A stretch of DNA of 64,000 nucleotides from Eledone cirrhosa (lineage: Eukaryota), in NCBI GenBank assembly GCA_964016885.1, contig OZ024743.1, forward strand, positions 14,260,001 through 14,324,000. Reading direction: 5' to 3'. The notes under the pieces were generated by a model. The model saw only the letters and a list, made by a program, of their open reading frames with translations. It did no database searches and was not told the origin of the DNA. This document shows positions 41,372-57,057 of this stretch, in pieces; position 1 is the stretch's first letter, and every line of letters starts with the position of its first letter. Both the position numbers and the translations under genes were made by a program.

Positions 41372-43633
41372 CACAAGACAGGGAGGAGAAACCGATAGTA
41401 ATAAAAATTATCAATCTTACTAGTGCAGAACCAACACCCAACCTTATCAACTTACTCTCCAAAGGTCTTAAATTCACACCGACCCCACTACGCCCTAACT
41501 ACTATGAAATGAAGGTAGACATCACAGACTTCTGTAGAAAGTTACGACTTAGTGAACAACTATTCGACCAGTACAATGAGGATAAATCATTAGCCAGAAA
41601 TAGAAGCAATTACACCCCTCCAAAAGGTAGAAATAAAATCCTGGACGAATTCTGTGAACACATCACAAGCTTCCCTTACCAACACTTACACAGACAAAAA
41701 CACAAGCCAAACCTCAACAAGAAAGAATGTGAAGAATTAAATAGATTAAAAACCGACAGAACCATTACAATTAAAGAGGCTTATAAAGGGAGTACAGTAG
41801 TCCTAATGGAGACAGAAGTCTATATCAACTTAGCGCTCTCCACTTTGGAAAACGAAACATACTACGAAAAGGCTGAACACTACAATCAACAGAAAATTAT
41901 GAGAAACCTAAAAACTCTAATCAACCAATACAAAGAAGGACTCACTAACAAGGAATTCAGCTTCATCACAGACTTCACAAGTAAATCCAGCCTCTTCTAC
42001 GGTATCCCTAAAGTACATAAAAGCGAATCAATAAGTAAGGCATGCAAGGAAGCCAAAGACATAGTCATCAATGACCCCTCACCCAATGATCTCAAATTAA
42101 GACCTATAATAGCAGGCCCCGCTTGCGAGACGCACCGTCTTAGCAACTTCATTGATACCCTTCTCAAACCCTTCCTCAAACACATCAAAAGCTATATAAA
42201 GGACGACCTAGATATGCTCAATCACCTCCCTAATATGCCACTTTCTGAACAAACCCTACTAGTGACGTTCTATGTAGTCAACCTATACTCCAACATCCCC
42301 CACAACCTAGGAATAGAAGCTATCCAATTCTGGCTGGATAATTACCACAAAGAATTCGTGATAGAGGGACTCAAATTTATCTTGGAGAACAATTACTTCG
42401 TTTTCAATAACAAACCCTACAGGCAGAAATCTGGGACCGCTATGGGAACGAAAACATCCCCCACTTATGCCAACCTAGTCATGGGATACCTGGAAATCAC
42501 CCTCTACACTAAAGTCCTAAACAAATTTGGAAATACCCTCCACTTACACATTGAAAGGAACTGGAAGCGATATCTAGATGACTGCTTCATCCTTTGGCAC
42601 GAAAACATCGAAAAACTTAAAGAATGTCACACCCTTATAAATGGGCTCAACACGAATATTAACTTCACGATGGAATACAGCCATCAACAACTCCCCTTCC
42701 TCGACATCCTCATTAAGATCCATAACAAAAAAATAGAAACAGACATATACTAGAAGCCCACAGACTCCAAGCAATATCTCCCCTTCAACTCTTGCCACCC
42801 TAGACACGTTAAAATTAATATTCCCTACAACTTAGCCAAGAGAATCTGTACTATAGTCTCCAATAAAAAACATCTGCTACTTACGGCTACAAGAACTAAA
42901 GGACACACTCATAGGCAGGGACTACCCTGCATCACTAATTGACAATGGAATCCAACGTGCCCTAAAACTCAGTACCCAGGACCTTAGACACCCTAAAGTA
43001 AATCAACCGAAACTAAAAGCTCTTCCATACATCTCCACACACAACCCTCTCAACAATGAGGCATTTGACACCATCCTCCAGAACATCCCTGTGTTGAAAA
43101 AGGACCATAGAATGAACCAAATTCTACGAACACACGATATCATAAAGAGCAAAAGACAATCCAAGTCAATGAAAGACATCCTAACACATGCCAAAGTACT
43201 GCCAACCACAACAACGAAACCCACAGTAAAAAAATGCGATAGATCCAACTGTGGCATTTGCATCAACCTAATAGAGGGTTCGGAATTCTATTTCAAAGAT
43301 GGACAACGTTTTATAGTAAAACACAATTTCACATGTGCATTGGAAAATCTAATATATGTATTAACTTGCTCAGGTTGTCGAGAACAATACATAGGCCAGA
43401 CCAAAAACAGCCTCCGCCAACGCATGACCGTCCATAGATCCCAAATTAAAATACGGGAATACAGGAAAATACCACTGAGTGAACACATTGATACCTGTGC
43501 CGCCAAAAATCATCCCAACTTCAGAATCTTTCCCCTCTACAAATTTAAAGATAATGCCACCCGCACCCAGCGCATCAGCAAGGAGTCTTACTTCATTAAC
43601 AAATACGGACCCCGTCTAAACACTTCTCCCTAA
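41338..43633 (+). pseudogene. PLE reverse transcriptase plus GIY-YIG endonuclease (Neptune-like)
   Basis: Motifs IINLT..LLSKGLKFTPTP, FYGIPKVHK, RPII, GTAMGT, RYLDD, LPFLD, SCHP, CDRSNCGIC and NLIY..CSGC..YIGQT. Lesions: TAG at 42751, extra A near 42870, FDV>FYV and ADKG>AYKG. Confidence 0.95.
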
Positions 43634-43774
43634 GACGAACCCACACCATACACACGTTAACATACATACCTACATCAGCACACATCTCCACCCACATATA
43701 AACACAATGACATACGTAAACACACATGCTCCATGGTGCAACACAGAAAAATATATGTGTATATATGTGTATAT

Positions 43775-43844
<70 letters not shown>

Positions 43845-43987
43845 AATATATGTATGTGTATATATATGTAGTGAATATCATTTCACACCTTTTATTGTTA
43901 ATATTTTTGATGTTCTATTAAGAGAACCGATTTTACTGAAAAAATCGAATAATGTACACCATTTTACCAGGGGGAAAAAATACTGGT

Positions 43988-44026
<39 letters not shown>

Positions 44027-44353
44027 CACACACACATACACACGCGTACATTAACATACAAAGAGACTTATACACACACACACACACACGCGCACTTCTC
44101 CGTATAAGACAAAAGCTGAAAAATATCTTTTGGCATGCTAAAATACCCCCCATTGCTTTCAAACACATTCTTACTGACCATCCCTGCTACCACGAATTAC
44201 TCTGCTATATACACACACACACACACACACACACTTATCTTAATAGCCATTTGACACACATCCCTGCTAACCATTATCACAACATCGAACACCTTACTAC
44301 TACTACACACACACACACACACACATATTTGTTGTGAAAGAGTCATTTCTTAA

Positions 44354-44599
44354 TCTTGGCGCAAAACCAATTTTTTATTCATATGACCTCTACCGACCAA
44401 TCAAAATTGTTTTGACCACAAGAATTTTTGCAAACACCAAATAGCGCTGGTGCCACTTTTTTAACATAAAAACAGTCTTGGCGCAAAATCAATTTTTTAC
44501 ATTCACATGACCTCTACCGACCAATCAAAATTGTTTTGACCACAAGAATTTTTGCAACACCAAAGTAACGCTGGAGCCACTTTTTTAACATAAAAACAG
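44354..44599 (+). repeat. Tandem duplication, two ~122-bp units, within pseudo-LTR
   Basis: TCTTGGCGCAAAA...GACCTCTACCGACCAATCAAAATTGTTTTGACCACAAG...CATAAAAACAG occurs twice. Confidence 0.9.
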
Positions 44600-44846
44600 G
44601 TAGAATTCCCAAAACTAATCAGATCAGAGCAAACAACACGGACACTCTATCTCAAAATTATTTTTGAAAAGCATTTAGAAATGCGCAACCGATAAAAACT
44701 TAAAAACTTAAAACCACAACTGAATACTAACCCATACAATCACTAATACTCTTTTATTCCTAATTAAACCATTTTTCAACTGTGAACAATTTGTCAGCAT
44801 TTTCTATTCCGTGTACCAATATATATATATATATATATATATACAT

Positions 44847-45457
44847 ATTTCGTTTCTGAATTTGTTTAGCAAGATTCTTTATCTGAAATCGTGTGTTGAA
44901 ACCGATATTGTTATACTTTGGGAGGGTCATGTTGCCAATAAGAAACACACGCACCAGTTGCTTTCACTTCAATTTATTATATATTTATAAATTTATAAAT
45001 TTACAAATTTACAAACTTATAAATTTCTGGTTGGTTGGTTCCACAACCAGATAGTTGTTTATATATAGTCATAGTCCTTTCGTCACACACTCTGTGACCT
45101 CTTCAGTGACTGGGGATTCCTTTCCTTTGTTTCTGTGCCTTTCCTTTCTTCTATCCTACGCCATTTTGTTTCTGTGTGCCACACAGAAACAAAATGGCGT
45201 AGGATAGAAGAAAGGAAAGGCACAGAAACAAAGGAAAGGAATCCCCAGTCACTGAAGAGGTCACAGAGTGTGTGACGAAAGGACTATGACTATATATAAA
45301 CAACTATCTGGTTGTGGAACCAACCAACCAACCAGAAATTTATAAGTTTGTAAATTTGTAAATTTATAAATTTATAAATATATAATAAATTGAAGTGAAA
45401 GCAACTGGTGCGTGTGTTTCTTATTGGCAACATGACCCTCCCAAAGTATAACAATAT
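44847..45457. mobile_element. Non-coding palindromic element related to family B pseudo-LTR
   Basis: Arms 44904-45178 and 45180-45457 with a 1-nt loop. Tail GACCCTCCCAAAGTATAACAATAT is shared with family B. Confidence 0.9.
45247..45291 (+). ncRNA. Type I minimal hammerhead ribozyme (mirror copy 45067-45111 on minus strand)
   Basis: AGTCA CTGAAGA g GTCACA gagtg TGTGAC GAAA GGAC TA TGACT. Confidence 0.85.
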
Positions 45458-45480
45458 ATATATATACATATATATATATA

Positions 45481-46657
45481 CTAGCAGCAGTACCCAGCGT
45501 TGCCTGGGTAGGTAAAATAATATCTGCTTTGATGAAAAAGTGTTGATATTAGCGACTGCTTCTCGATGACTAATCTATGGCCACACACAGGCCATGCGGG
45601 GGAGGGTGGTGATGACCTCTATCACTGAGAAACACGAGTGATGGACGAAGGGGTATGCTGGGGTAGGGAGGTAATAACCTCTAACACTAAGCCAAATTTC
45701 CTCACACTACTTGATTGGAAACCGATGAATTCTCAAATACACAACTAAAACCTCAGACGACGTCAGTGGCTATAATTTTGCCTTTGACCATCTTTAAGAT
45801 ATTCAATGATAGGTTCTATCGTAGCATAAAAGTTGAAACAAAAAAATTGATTTATGTTTGAAGAGGAGCCGAAGTTTCGAATTTGAACGAAATCGGTTCA
45901 AAAATGTGGGAGCTGATGATATGTCGCCGTCCCTGAACAATAAAAGCAAAGTGTAAAGCTACTATAAGATGTGCAACGATAGGTTCTATCGTAGTATAAA
46001 AGTTAAACCAAATAAATTGATTTATGTGTGAGGTGGAGCCCTAATTACGAAATCGGTTGAAAAATGTGAGAGCTAGAGACGAAAAGGAGGACATTTGAGC
46101 GAAAAGGTTGTATTTTCGAATATTGAAGCGGCTGCGACGCCATTCCTGAACAAAATATTCAAATGGTAAAGCCACTTTAAGATGAGAAATAATCAGATCT
46201 AACGTAGTGCAAAATTAGAACAAAGTAGGTTGATTAATGTCGGAGCTAGAGCCGAAAACGTGGAAATTTCAGTCTGAAAGTGGTATTTTTGAATATTTAA
46301 GCGGCTGCCATGCCGTCTCGGAACAGCAAATGCAAAATATAAAGACATTACAGAATGAGAAATGATAAATTCTATTTTGCTTTCAAGTTTGAACGAAATC
46401 GGTAGGAAAATGTGGCAGCTAGAGCCAAAAATCATATTTTTCGATACCTAAAGAAGGTGACCCCCCCCCCTATCAATTTTTATCTGCAGAATGACCCCGG
46501 AATAATATAAAAACGATACGGTGATATATAGAAAACACTCCCCGATGACTAATCTATGAGCCTGTAAAGTTTCTCGAAAATCGGTCGTAAGATGTAGGCC
46601 CCTATAGGTAATACACAGGCACACAGACACACATACTTAACGTTATATGTATACAGA
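45481..46657 (-). mobile_element. Non-autonomous Helitron-like element
   Basis: Minus strand starts TC and ends CTAG, sits between A and T, and has a subterminal hairpin TACCCAG/CTGGGTA at 45491-45510. Internal GAAATCGGT..AAAATGTG..AGCT repeats. Confidence 0.75.
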
Positions 46658-46904
46658 TATATATACATGCATATATATATATATATATATAGATAGATAT
46701 ATATATAGATATATATATATATATATGATCAAAATATGGTTAAAAGAGTTCCGAGTATTTTATTATGCGCATTTCAAAAACAAATACCGTCTTGGGATGA
46801 TTTATGCGTTTTCATCAGATAAAATAGGGATACATGATATGAGTCTTAAAAAAATTGCGAATTGTGAAGTTTTAAATCAACATATATATATACATATATA
46901 TATA

Positions 46905-48050
46905 TAAATCATGGAATAGCTTATATAGGACAAAACATAACATAGGGAAAGCCACCTCATGGTACGACAACCAGAGATACCAGAGTGTTATGTTCGTGGA
47001 CGCTAACCCTGGAGGTAAATTAGCTAACCAGTGTAGAACGGCCCCGAGAATGACCCACAATAAGATTAAGATGGTAGAAAAGCTAGGAACTACCATAAAA
47101 TCCCTGATCAGTAAAACGTTCCCTTTTAAGAAAACCCACTGTACGAATAGGAAATATATTATATGTAAAGTAAACCCCGGACGGATAAACTGTAAAACTA
47201 GAAACGTAGTCTATAGCATAAGATGTACAGAGGGTACTTGTAGAAACATGACAACAACATATATAGACGAGACAGCTCGTAGCTTACGTGAAACGATAGA
47301 CCAACACTGGGGGGAACTAAAAGGACGAAAAAACGGTTCAGTACTATACTATACAAGCCAGACAACAACATGACGGGAACATAGACAACATAGAAATTAA
47401 AATAATATCTAAACATAGAAATGACCCAGCAGATAGTCAAATCAGAGAGGCAAGTGAAATAGAACTTAGAAGGCCAAAGCTAAACAGAAAAAATGAATGG
47501 AATACCAACACCCAAACAAACAATACTGACCTAAGAGAAATATAAATAAATAAATAAATAAATATATACACCAACGCATATAAACACACACTAGTAAAGA
47601 TAGAATACAATAACGAAAACGCAGTCACCCAAACGCGAACACACACCAAACACTATAAACACACGCAAACGCATGCACAGAGAAGAATAAATAAAATAAA
47701 TAAATAAATAAATAAATAAACAGATTAAATATAGATGGCGTAAATATACAATACAACAGGAGGAACATAATAGCACCTCTGACGATATTGCAGATGTGCA
47801 ACGAAAGAACTGTGTTAGACTATATATATGTGTTTATATCTATATTATATGTGTATTTTTGACCGTTGGTCTTTCAATGGTAAACATTGATGTCCGAATG
47901 AATTAACTGATATAAAAGATACAGAAGCGAAAACTAACCAAACAGTGACTGTGTTCTGTTATTAATTCTTGCAATATTATTACAATATGATCCTCCCCAA
48001 GTATAACAATATTTGTTTAGATACACGATTTCATATCAAAAACCTCGCAA

Positions 48051-48058
<8 letters not shown>
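46905..48058 (+). mobile_element. 3' fragment of family B PLE
   Basis: ORF 46990-47373 is homologous to 26264-26695 (GIY-YIG region), followed by the same 3' UTR and HHR. Confidence 0.92.
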
Positions 48059-48089
<31 letters not shown>

Positions 48090-48090
<1 letters not shown>

Positions 48091-48860
48091 CACATATAAA
48101 TGGAAACTATATTTATAAAACCATATTTATTCTATCATATATTTTTCAAGGGTCCCAAAACTTTGGTACGCTCCCATCAGATAAAATACAAAGTTTGTTT
48201 TATGAATATTGATATAACCAAGAAAAACACCTTAACGGTTCAAATTTTTCCTGCATAGAGAAGGAAAAAAGAAGAAAAGTCAGGTGTTTCAAATTATTAA
48301 GATGAGTATGCAAATGAGGTTGAGGTACAGGGCTGAAAAAACATTATTTTTAGACGCTATGCTAAATTTAAATTATTAGGATATATGTATGTATGAAAAT
48401 GAAGAAGTAAAAAAGAAAGAAGAACTTATATTTACGTTAATTTAAAAAGAATTAACAATTTGGAAGAATGGTTGAATATGATTCCAGAATTTAAAAGTTA
48501 TTTAGCTATATTATGAGTTATAATATTGTATATATAATCAATTAGATTATATGAAGAATTATGGTTGTAAGTAGATTTTATCTAATTACATTTCAACAGG
48601 TTGTAAATATATAAATATCTATATAGGTTAATAATTGTGCATGTATAAGTATTATAGAAATAGAAAGAAGTCACAATTATTAGTTGTTTATATTTCTCAT
48701 ATGAGTTACGAAGGATGTTGATTCTGCATTTTACATTAAAAAAACACGTAGTTCAAATTGTAAGAGGAGAATAATTTTTAGATTCAAATATTTTGTTCCA
48801 AGATTAAAAATGTTTTCAGAATATTGTTAATAAAGCGAAGTTATATAGTTTATCATACAT
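48090..48860 (-). mobile_element. Decayed Naiad-like PLE 3' fragment
   Basis: Tail and degenerate HHR match 63870-63960. Faint W...CxxC remnant near 48730-48800. Confidence 0.55.
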
Positions 48861-48867
48861 ATTATAT

Positions 48868-48992
48868 TATAATTGTTTCTACTTTTTGGCACAAGGCCAG
48901 CAATTATCCCAGTACATTACTGGTACTTTATTTTATCGACCCCGTAAGGATGAAAGGCAAAGTTAACCTCGGCGGGAATTGAACTCAGATCG
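48868..48992 (-). mobile_element. 5'-truncated SINE, family 1
   Basis: 3' two-thirds of the family with TSD ATATTATATTATAAT. Confidence 0.9.
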
Positions 48993-49178
48993 TAATATTA
49001 TATTATAATGTTTATGTTTGCTCGATTGAAGGAAAAGATAACCCCAATCTTATTTGCTAACCGTTAAATTTGATGAATGATTTACTCAGAAAATATATAG
49101 AGAAAATTATATATTATTTGTGTGTTCTGTTATTATTTCTGGCAATATTATTACAACAATATGACCCTCCGCAAGTAT

Positions 49179-49222
<44 letters not shown>

Positions 49223-49429
49223 ATTTATTGATATTTTATCTGAGTGACCCGAATCTTCCTGGTCGTTATTTTTCGGCTGCACGGGTGATTTTAGGCATAA
49301 TCTTTGTGTGTTGGTATCTTAACGATAGTTATAGCTCTGATTTATCTGAATTATTGAGCCCACTGCCAGTCATGTCGGATTTTGTTTATCGTAAATTCGT
49401 GAGCTGATTTTCCGATACTCGATTATTCT

Positions 49430-50420
<991 letters not shown>

Positions 50421-50519
50421 ATACTTAGGTTAATAGGAGTTAGGTATTGTATACCCGTGTCCCATTAAGGTATTGGCAGCATAATAATTAGCTCTATGCT
50501 TTGGAGCAGAGCCGTATAT

Positions 50520-50870
50520 ATGAAAAAGAACACAAGAGCGTCTACAACATCAAAAGATTTTTATTGGCTTACAATGTTTCTTCGTTACGTAACCGTAGGA
50601 GTCGTCAGAGCTATAAAAGGGGTTTGATTGGTGTTATGGACTCTACCAACCAAACATTCAAGAACAAAGAGTAAAGAGAGTAAAGAGCAAAAGTAAGGGA
50701 CGATAAGTCTAATTTTGGTGCGGGAGGGTGGGGTGTGGGTCCTTGTTTACTAGCTGCTGTCATATTCATTCCCGGGAGTCGGGTGGTTAGCTGAACCATA
50801 GATGGGGTGGCGTCGATAGTATGGTGCAGAGGGTGCACAGAGGCTACACAAACACAAAGGGCATACAATA
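50520..50870 (-). mobile_element. HHR-bearing pseudo-LTR, left arm of inverted pair
   Basis: Reverse complement of 52541-52885. HHR at 50567-50611: GCT CTGACGA..TACGgttaCGTA..GAAA CATT GTA AGC, then AATAAA. Confidence 0.85.
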
Positions 50871-51276
50871 TGCGTATGAGTATGCGTATGAGTGTGTATG
50901 TGTAAGTGTATGATGTGTGTATGTATGTATATATGTATGTATACTTTTCTGTAGAATTCTCTCTATAGGTGGTGTGTGGCACGAATTCCTCCTATAATAC
51001 TCCTCTCTGAGAGGAGCACGATATGCAGAGTAACACATATGTATTGTCGAAGTTGAAACTGAGAACCACCACCCCTCCTGTTGACCCAAATGTTAACTGA
51101 GGACCAGAACACCATTCTCCGCAATATAAGAGCGAAATGCGCTTGCCGGACTATTGATGACCATAACATCACATTCCAAGGTAATGGCAAAACACAGTGA
51201 ATGCTATGCACGACCAGTACACCACAGCATGCATATCCGAGCAACACAGATATAATATCAATAGGGGAATCAACTG

Positions 51277-51580
51277 CATTTTTTTAGTTGAAATACATAT
51301 GGATATGTGTCTGTGTGTATCGGACACACGTACACATAAAGAAGCTGTTGACCTAAATATACCTGTCATGTCTGTCTGAATTCCTAAGGGAATTGTCGGC
51401 CAGTTGCTGTCTTGGCCGATTGTAGTACCAGTGGGTGAATCATTTGAGTTTTTTTAGTTGAAATACATATAAATATGTGTCTGTGTGTGTCGGACACACG
51501 TACACATAAAGAAGCTGCCGACCTAAATGTGCCTGTCATGCCTGCCTGAATTTTCGGTCAGTTGCTGACTTGACCGATTA
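51277..51580. repeat. Tandem duplication with ~170-bp period
   Basis: TTTTTAGTTGAAATACATAT...CGGACACACGTACACATAAAGAAGCTG...CAGTTGCTG occurs twice. Confidence 0.9.
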
Positions 51581-52540
51581 ACCCCACAATTACTACGTAG
51601 CGGTTCTTGCACGTGACAGCTGGACCCGGATGAAACGAAGACGAAGAATTTCCTTGCGTACCGTTTTGTACCACAGATGTGATCTCACCCTGCCTCGTTA
51701 ATGTCCTATCGACACCAAATTTCAACGTTCGGGCGAATAGATTTGAATCCAACAACCAACAACATAGCTGAATGACCGATAATCACACCAAACCGGAGTA
51801 CTGTGATCCTTGTGATTTCCAGATATACAACCACTGACACTGTTACGAAGACCAGAAAACCATACTCCATATATTGAACCAAGTGATTGATTTGTGCGAC
51901 CAAAATAACACCAAACACATATTGAACTAGGAATATTGGATCCTCCGTCAATGTCCGGGTGAGCATAAATAGATTTCTATCTGCATTGGAATTTATGAAC
52001 TTGTGCATCTGCAGTGGTGTCAAATACAAACGCACATGACCGCACAAATAAACAATGGACCATGCCACGTGGCTTGAACCCGTAAGTGAATTGAAGGTTC
52101 TGCAACTCTTATACACAGATTATTTATTATTAAGATGTATAAACTTGACATATCTATTATCATCTTATATTCTCTCAACTAATCACACTTGATCATATTT
52201 CTCTATCCCGTTTTCTCCCCCCCCCCCATAATTATTATATTTTTTATTATTATTTGAAAAAATCGGTTTTTTTTACATTGTTTTCCCCTCCAAATATTCG
52301 CTTATATTTCTTTATATATTCTCTATATCTTTTTTTATCATTATTTTTTTTATTTTTTTATCTTTATTATTTCCACTCTTATCCTCCTTTATATTTTACC
52401 TTATTCTTACTTTTATACCTTATTATAGTGTAATCTTCCCCATGCCTTATTATACACTATTAATTATAGATTATTATTATTACTCTTTTTCCATTTCTAA
52501 TTACCTCATGTACTTTCTCCTCCGCTATATATATATATAT

Positions 52541-52885
52541 ATATTGTACGCCCTTTGTGTTTGTGTAGCCTCTGCACCATACTATCGACGCCACCCCATC
52601 TATGGTTCAGCTAACCACCCGACTCCCGGGAATGAATATGACCGCAGCTAGTAAACAAGGACCCACACCCCACCCTCCCGCAACAAAATTAGACTTAACG
52701 TCCCCTAATTTTGCTCTATACTCTCTTTACTCTTTGTTCTTGAATGTTTGGTTGGTAGAGTCCATAAAACCAATCAAATAAAACCCTTTTATAGCTCTGA
52801 CGACTCCTACGGTTACGTAAGGAAGAAAAATTGTAAGCCAATAAAAATCTTTTGATGTTGTAGACGCTCTTGTCTTCATTTTCAT
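52541..52885 (+). mobile_element. HHR-bearing pseudo-LTR, right arm of inverted pair
   Basis: HHR motif at 52794-52838, followed by AATAAA and (TA)n. Confidence 0.85.
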
Positions 52886-52906
52886 ATATATATATATATA
52901 TAGTTT

Positions 52907-52937
<31 letters not shown>

Positions 52938-52938
52938 T

Positions 52939-52975
<37 letters not shown>

Positions 52976-52976
52976 T

Positions 52977-53009
<33 letters not shown>

Positions 53010-53075
53010 ATATATATATAATATTTATATATATATATATATAAATATATATATATATAAATATATATATAAATT

Positions 53076-53106
<31 letters not shown>

Positions 53107-53169
53107 ATTTATATATATATATATATATATATACATTTATATATATATGTATATATATATATAAATATT

Positions 53170-53200
<31 letters not shown>

Positions 53201-53201
<1 letters not shown>

Positions 53202-53421
53202 GGAGACGATCGACTTGCGTCAAATCGGACCGAGGGAACAATGTTTCCGTTGGTCTTTCCAATTGCTAATACTATCTATCTCTCGCAAATCCAGGTAGAA
53301 AGAGCAACGTAAAATAAAGTGTCTTGCTCAAGGACATAACGCATCACCTGGTCCAGGAATCGAACTCACAACCTTACAATTACGAATCCAATTCCCTAAC
53401 CACTCAGCCACACGCCTTCAC
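53201..53421 (-). mobile_element. tRNA-derived SINE, family 2 (CORE/V-like central motif)
   Basis: Minus strand TGGCTGAGTGG (A box), GAGTTCGATTCC (B box), then GTCCTTGAGCAAGACACTT. Confidence 0.8.
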
Positions 53422-53422
53422 T

Positions 53423-53473
<51 letters not shown>

Positions 53474-53590
53474 ATTCATATTTATATAAATATATATATT
53501 TATATATATATATATTTATATATATATATATTTATATTTAAATATATATATATTTATATATATATATTTATATATATATACATTTATATT

Positions 53591-53635
<45 letters not shown>

Positions 53636-53640
<5 letters not shown>

Positions 53641-54460
53641 GATAATTTAATATATCAACTAACATAAGCGCACAGATGCACGCCCATGCCAGCAAATACA
53701 CAGGTTATGTCATAGTACCTAGGTGGTTCAATGCAGGAGAATGCAGAACAATAATATAAAGGACGTAAAATAAGAAAATATTTTTTTTTTAAAATTTAAA
53801 AAAAATTTTTTTCTTACTTAAATTTTCACTCCAAATTTAAGTAAGAAAAAAATTTTTTTTAAATTTTTTAAAAAAATATTTTCTTATTTTACGTCCTTTA
53901 TATTATTGTTCTGCATTCTCCTGCATTGAACCACCTAGGTACTATGACATAACCTGTGTATTTGCTGGCATGGGCGTGCATCTGTGCGCTTATGTTAGTT
54001 GATATATTAAATTATCTATATTTATCTCCAAATCACTGATTTGTCGAGCAAACTTGTCAAAACCACTTCTAAAAAAATTTTTTTTGGGGTGTTAGTAGGC
54101 GTCAGTCATCTTACCATCCCATTCCTTCTAACTAGCCTCTGTGTCACGTGATTGATTCTTTAGAATCGGCCATTTGACTTGAAGCAGTGAGAATTTCGGT
54201 ACATAGAATCCAGTCCTCGCAAGCTGTTCGATCTACCGAATTATTATTATTTTTATATGAGCCGCCAGTGTCCGCGCATTGCCTGGAGACTTAACTGAGA
54301 ATAGACTCCCTGATGACGCAATGAATTCTCGACAGTTGGATTACGTAACTGTCTTTATCCCATTGCAGAAACTAATTAGTTGGAGTGAAAATTTAAGTAA
54401 GAAAAAATTTTTTTTAAATTTAAAAAAAAAAAAATATTTTCTTATTTTACGTCCTTTATA
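53636..54460 (+). mobile_element. Non-coding HHR retroelement (retrozyme-like) with direct terminal repeat and 5' inversion
   Basis: Palindrome 53636-54021. Direct repeat 53833-53900 = 54389-54460 (period ~556 nt). HHR at 54305-54386. Confidence 0.85.
54305..54386 (+). ncRNA. Type I hammerhead ribozyme with 51-nt stem II domain
   Basis: ACTCC CTGATGA cGCAATG..GACAGTT n9 AACTGTC..CATTGCa GAAA CTAATTAG TT GGAGT. Confidence 0.9.
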
Positions 54461-54629
54461 TATTTATATATATATATATATTTATATATATTTATATATA
54501 TATATATTTATATATATTAATATATATATATATTTATATATATTTATATATATATATATATATTATTATATATATATATTTATATATATTTATATATATA
54601 TATATATATTTATATATATTTATATATTT

Positions 54630-54722
<93 letters not shown>

Positions 54723-54723
54723 A

Positions 54724-54876
<153 letters not shown>

Positions 54877-54884
54877 AATAAATA

Positions 54885-55004
<120 letters not shown>

Positions 55005-55028
55005 TATATATATATATATTTATATATA

Positions 55029-55078
<50 letters not shown>

Positions 55079-55084
55079 TAAATA

Positions 55085-55361
<277 letters not shown>

Positions 55362-55378
55362 ATTTATATATATATATA

Positions 55379-55660
55379 TTTCGTTTCTGAATTTGACACA
55401 CAGAAACAAAATGGCGTAGGTCATAACAAAGGAGAGGCACAGAAACAAAGTAAGGAATACCCAGTCACTGAAGAGGTCACAGAGTGTGTGACGAAAGAAC
55501 TATGTCTATATATAAAAAAACTACCTGGTTGTGGAACCAACCAACCAACCAGAAATTTATAAATTCATAAATTTATTATAAATTTATTATAATAAATTGA
55601 AGTGAAAGCAACTGGTGCGTGTGTTTCTACTTGGCAACATGATCCTCCCAAAGTATAACA

Positions 55661-55665
<5 letters not shown>
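55379..55665 (+). mobile_element. Sister copy of the 44847-45457 element with HHR at 55463-55507
   Basis: High similarity to 45180-45457; starts with the same TTTCGTTTCTGAATTTG as 44848. Confidence 0.9.
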
Positions 55666-55698
<33 letters not shown>

Positions 55699-55699
55699 T

Positions 55700-55730
<31 letters not shown>

Positions 55731-55745
55731 ATTTATATATATATT

Positions 55746-55780
<35 letters not shown>

Positions 55781-55799
55781 TTATATTTATATATATATA

Positions 55800-55883
<84 letters not shown>

Positions 55884-55884
55884 A

Positions 55885-55916
<32 letters not shown>

Positions 55917-55927
55917 ATATATGTAGT

Positions 55928-56041
<114 letters not shown>

Positions 56042-56044
56042 ATA

Positions 56045-56987
<943 letters not shown>

Positions 56988-57008
56988 ATTTATATATGTA
57001 TATATATT

Positions 57009-57057
<49 letters not shown>

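Larger units (their letters stand above)
40037..44820 (+). mobile_element. Near full-length Neptune-like Penelope-like element, inactivated
   Basis: ORF1 plus RT-GIY-YIG plus microsatellite-rich 3' UTR with HHR-like motif. Bounded by (TA)n on both sides. Confidence 0.95.

Noticed and set aside
45780-46440. Spaced repeats as a CRISPR-like array
   Set aside because: Repeats are degenerate, spacers are mutually related and irregular, and they lie inside a Helitron-like element in eukaryotic DNA.
48745-48760. TGA-x-x-TGT resembling UxxC
   Set aside because: The region is heavily decayed, and the true CxxC appears to start at the following TGT.
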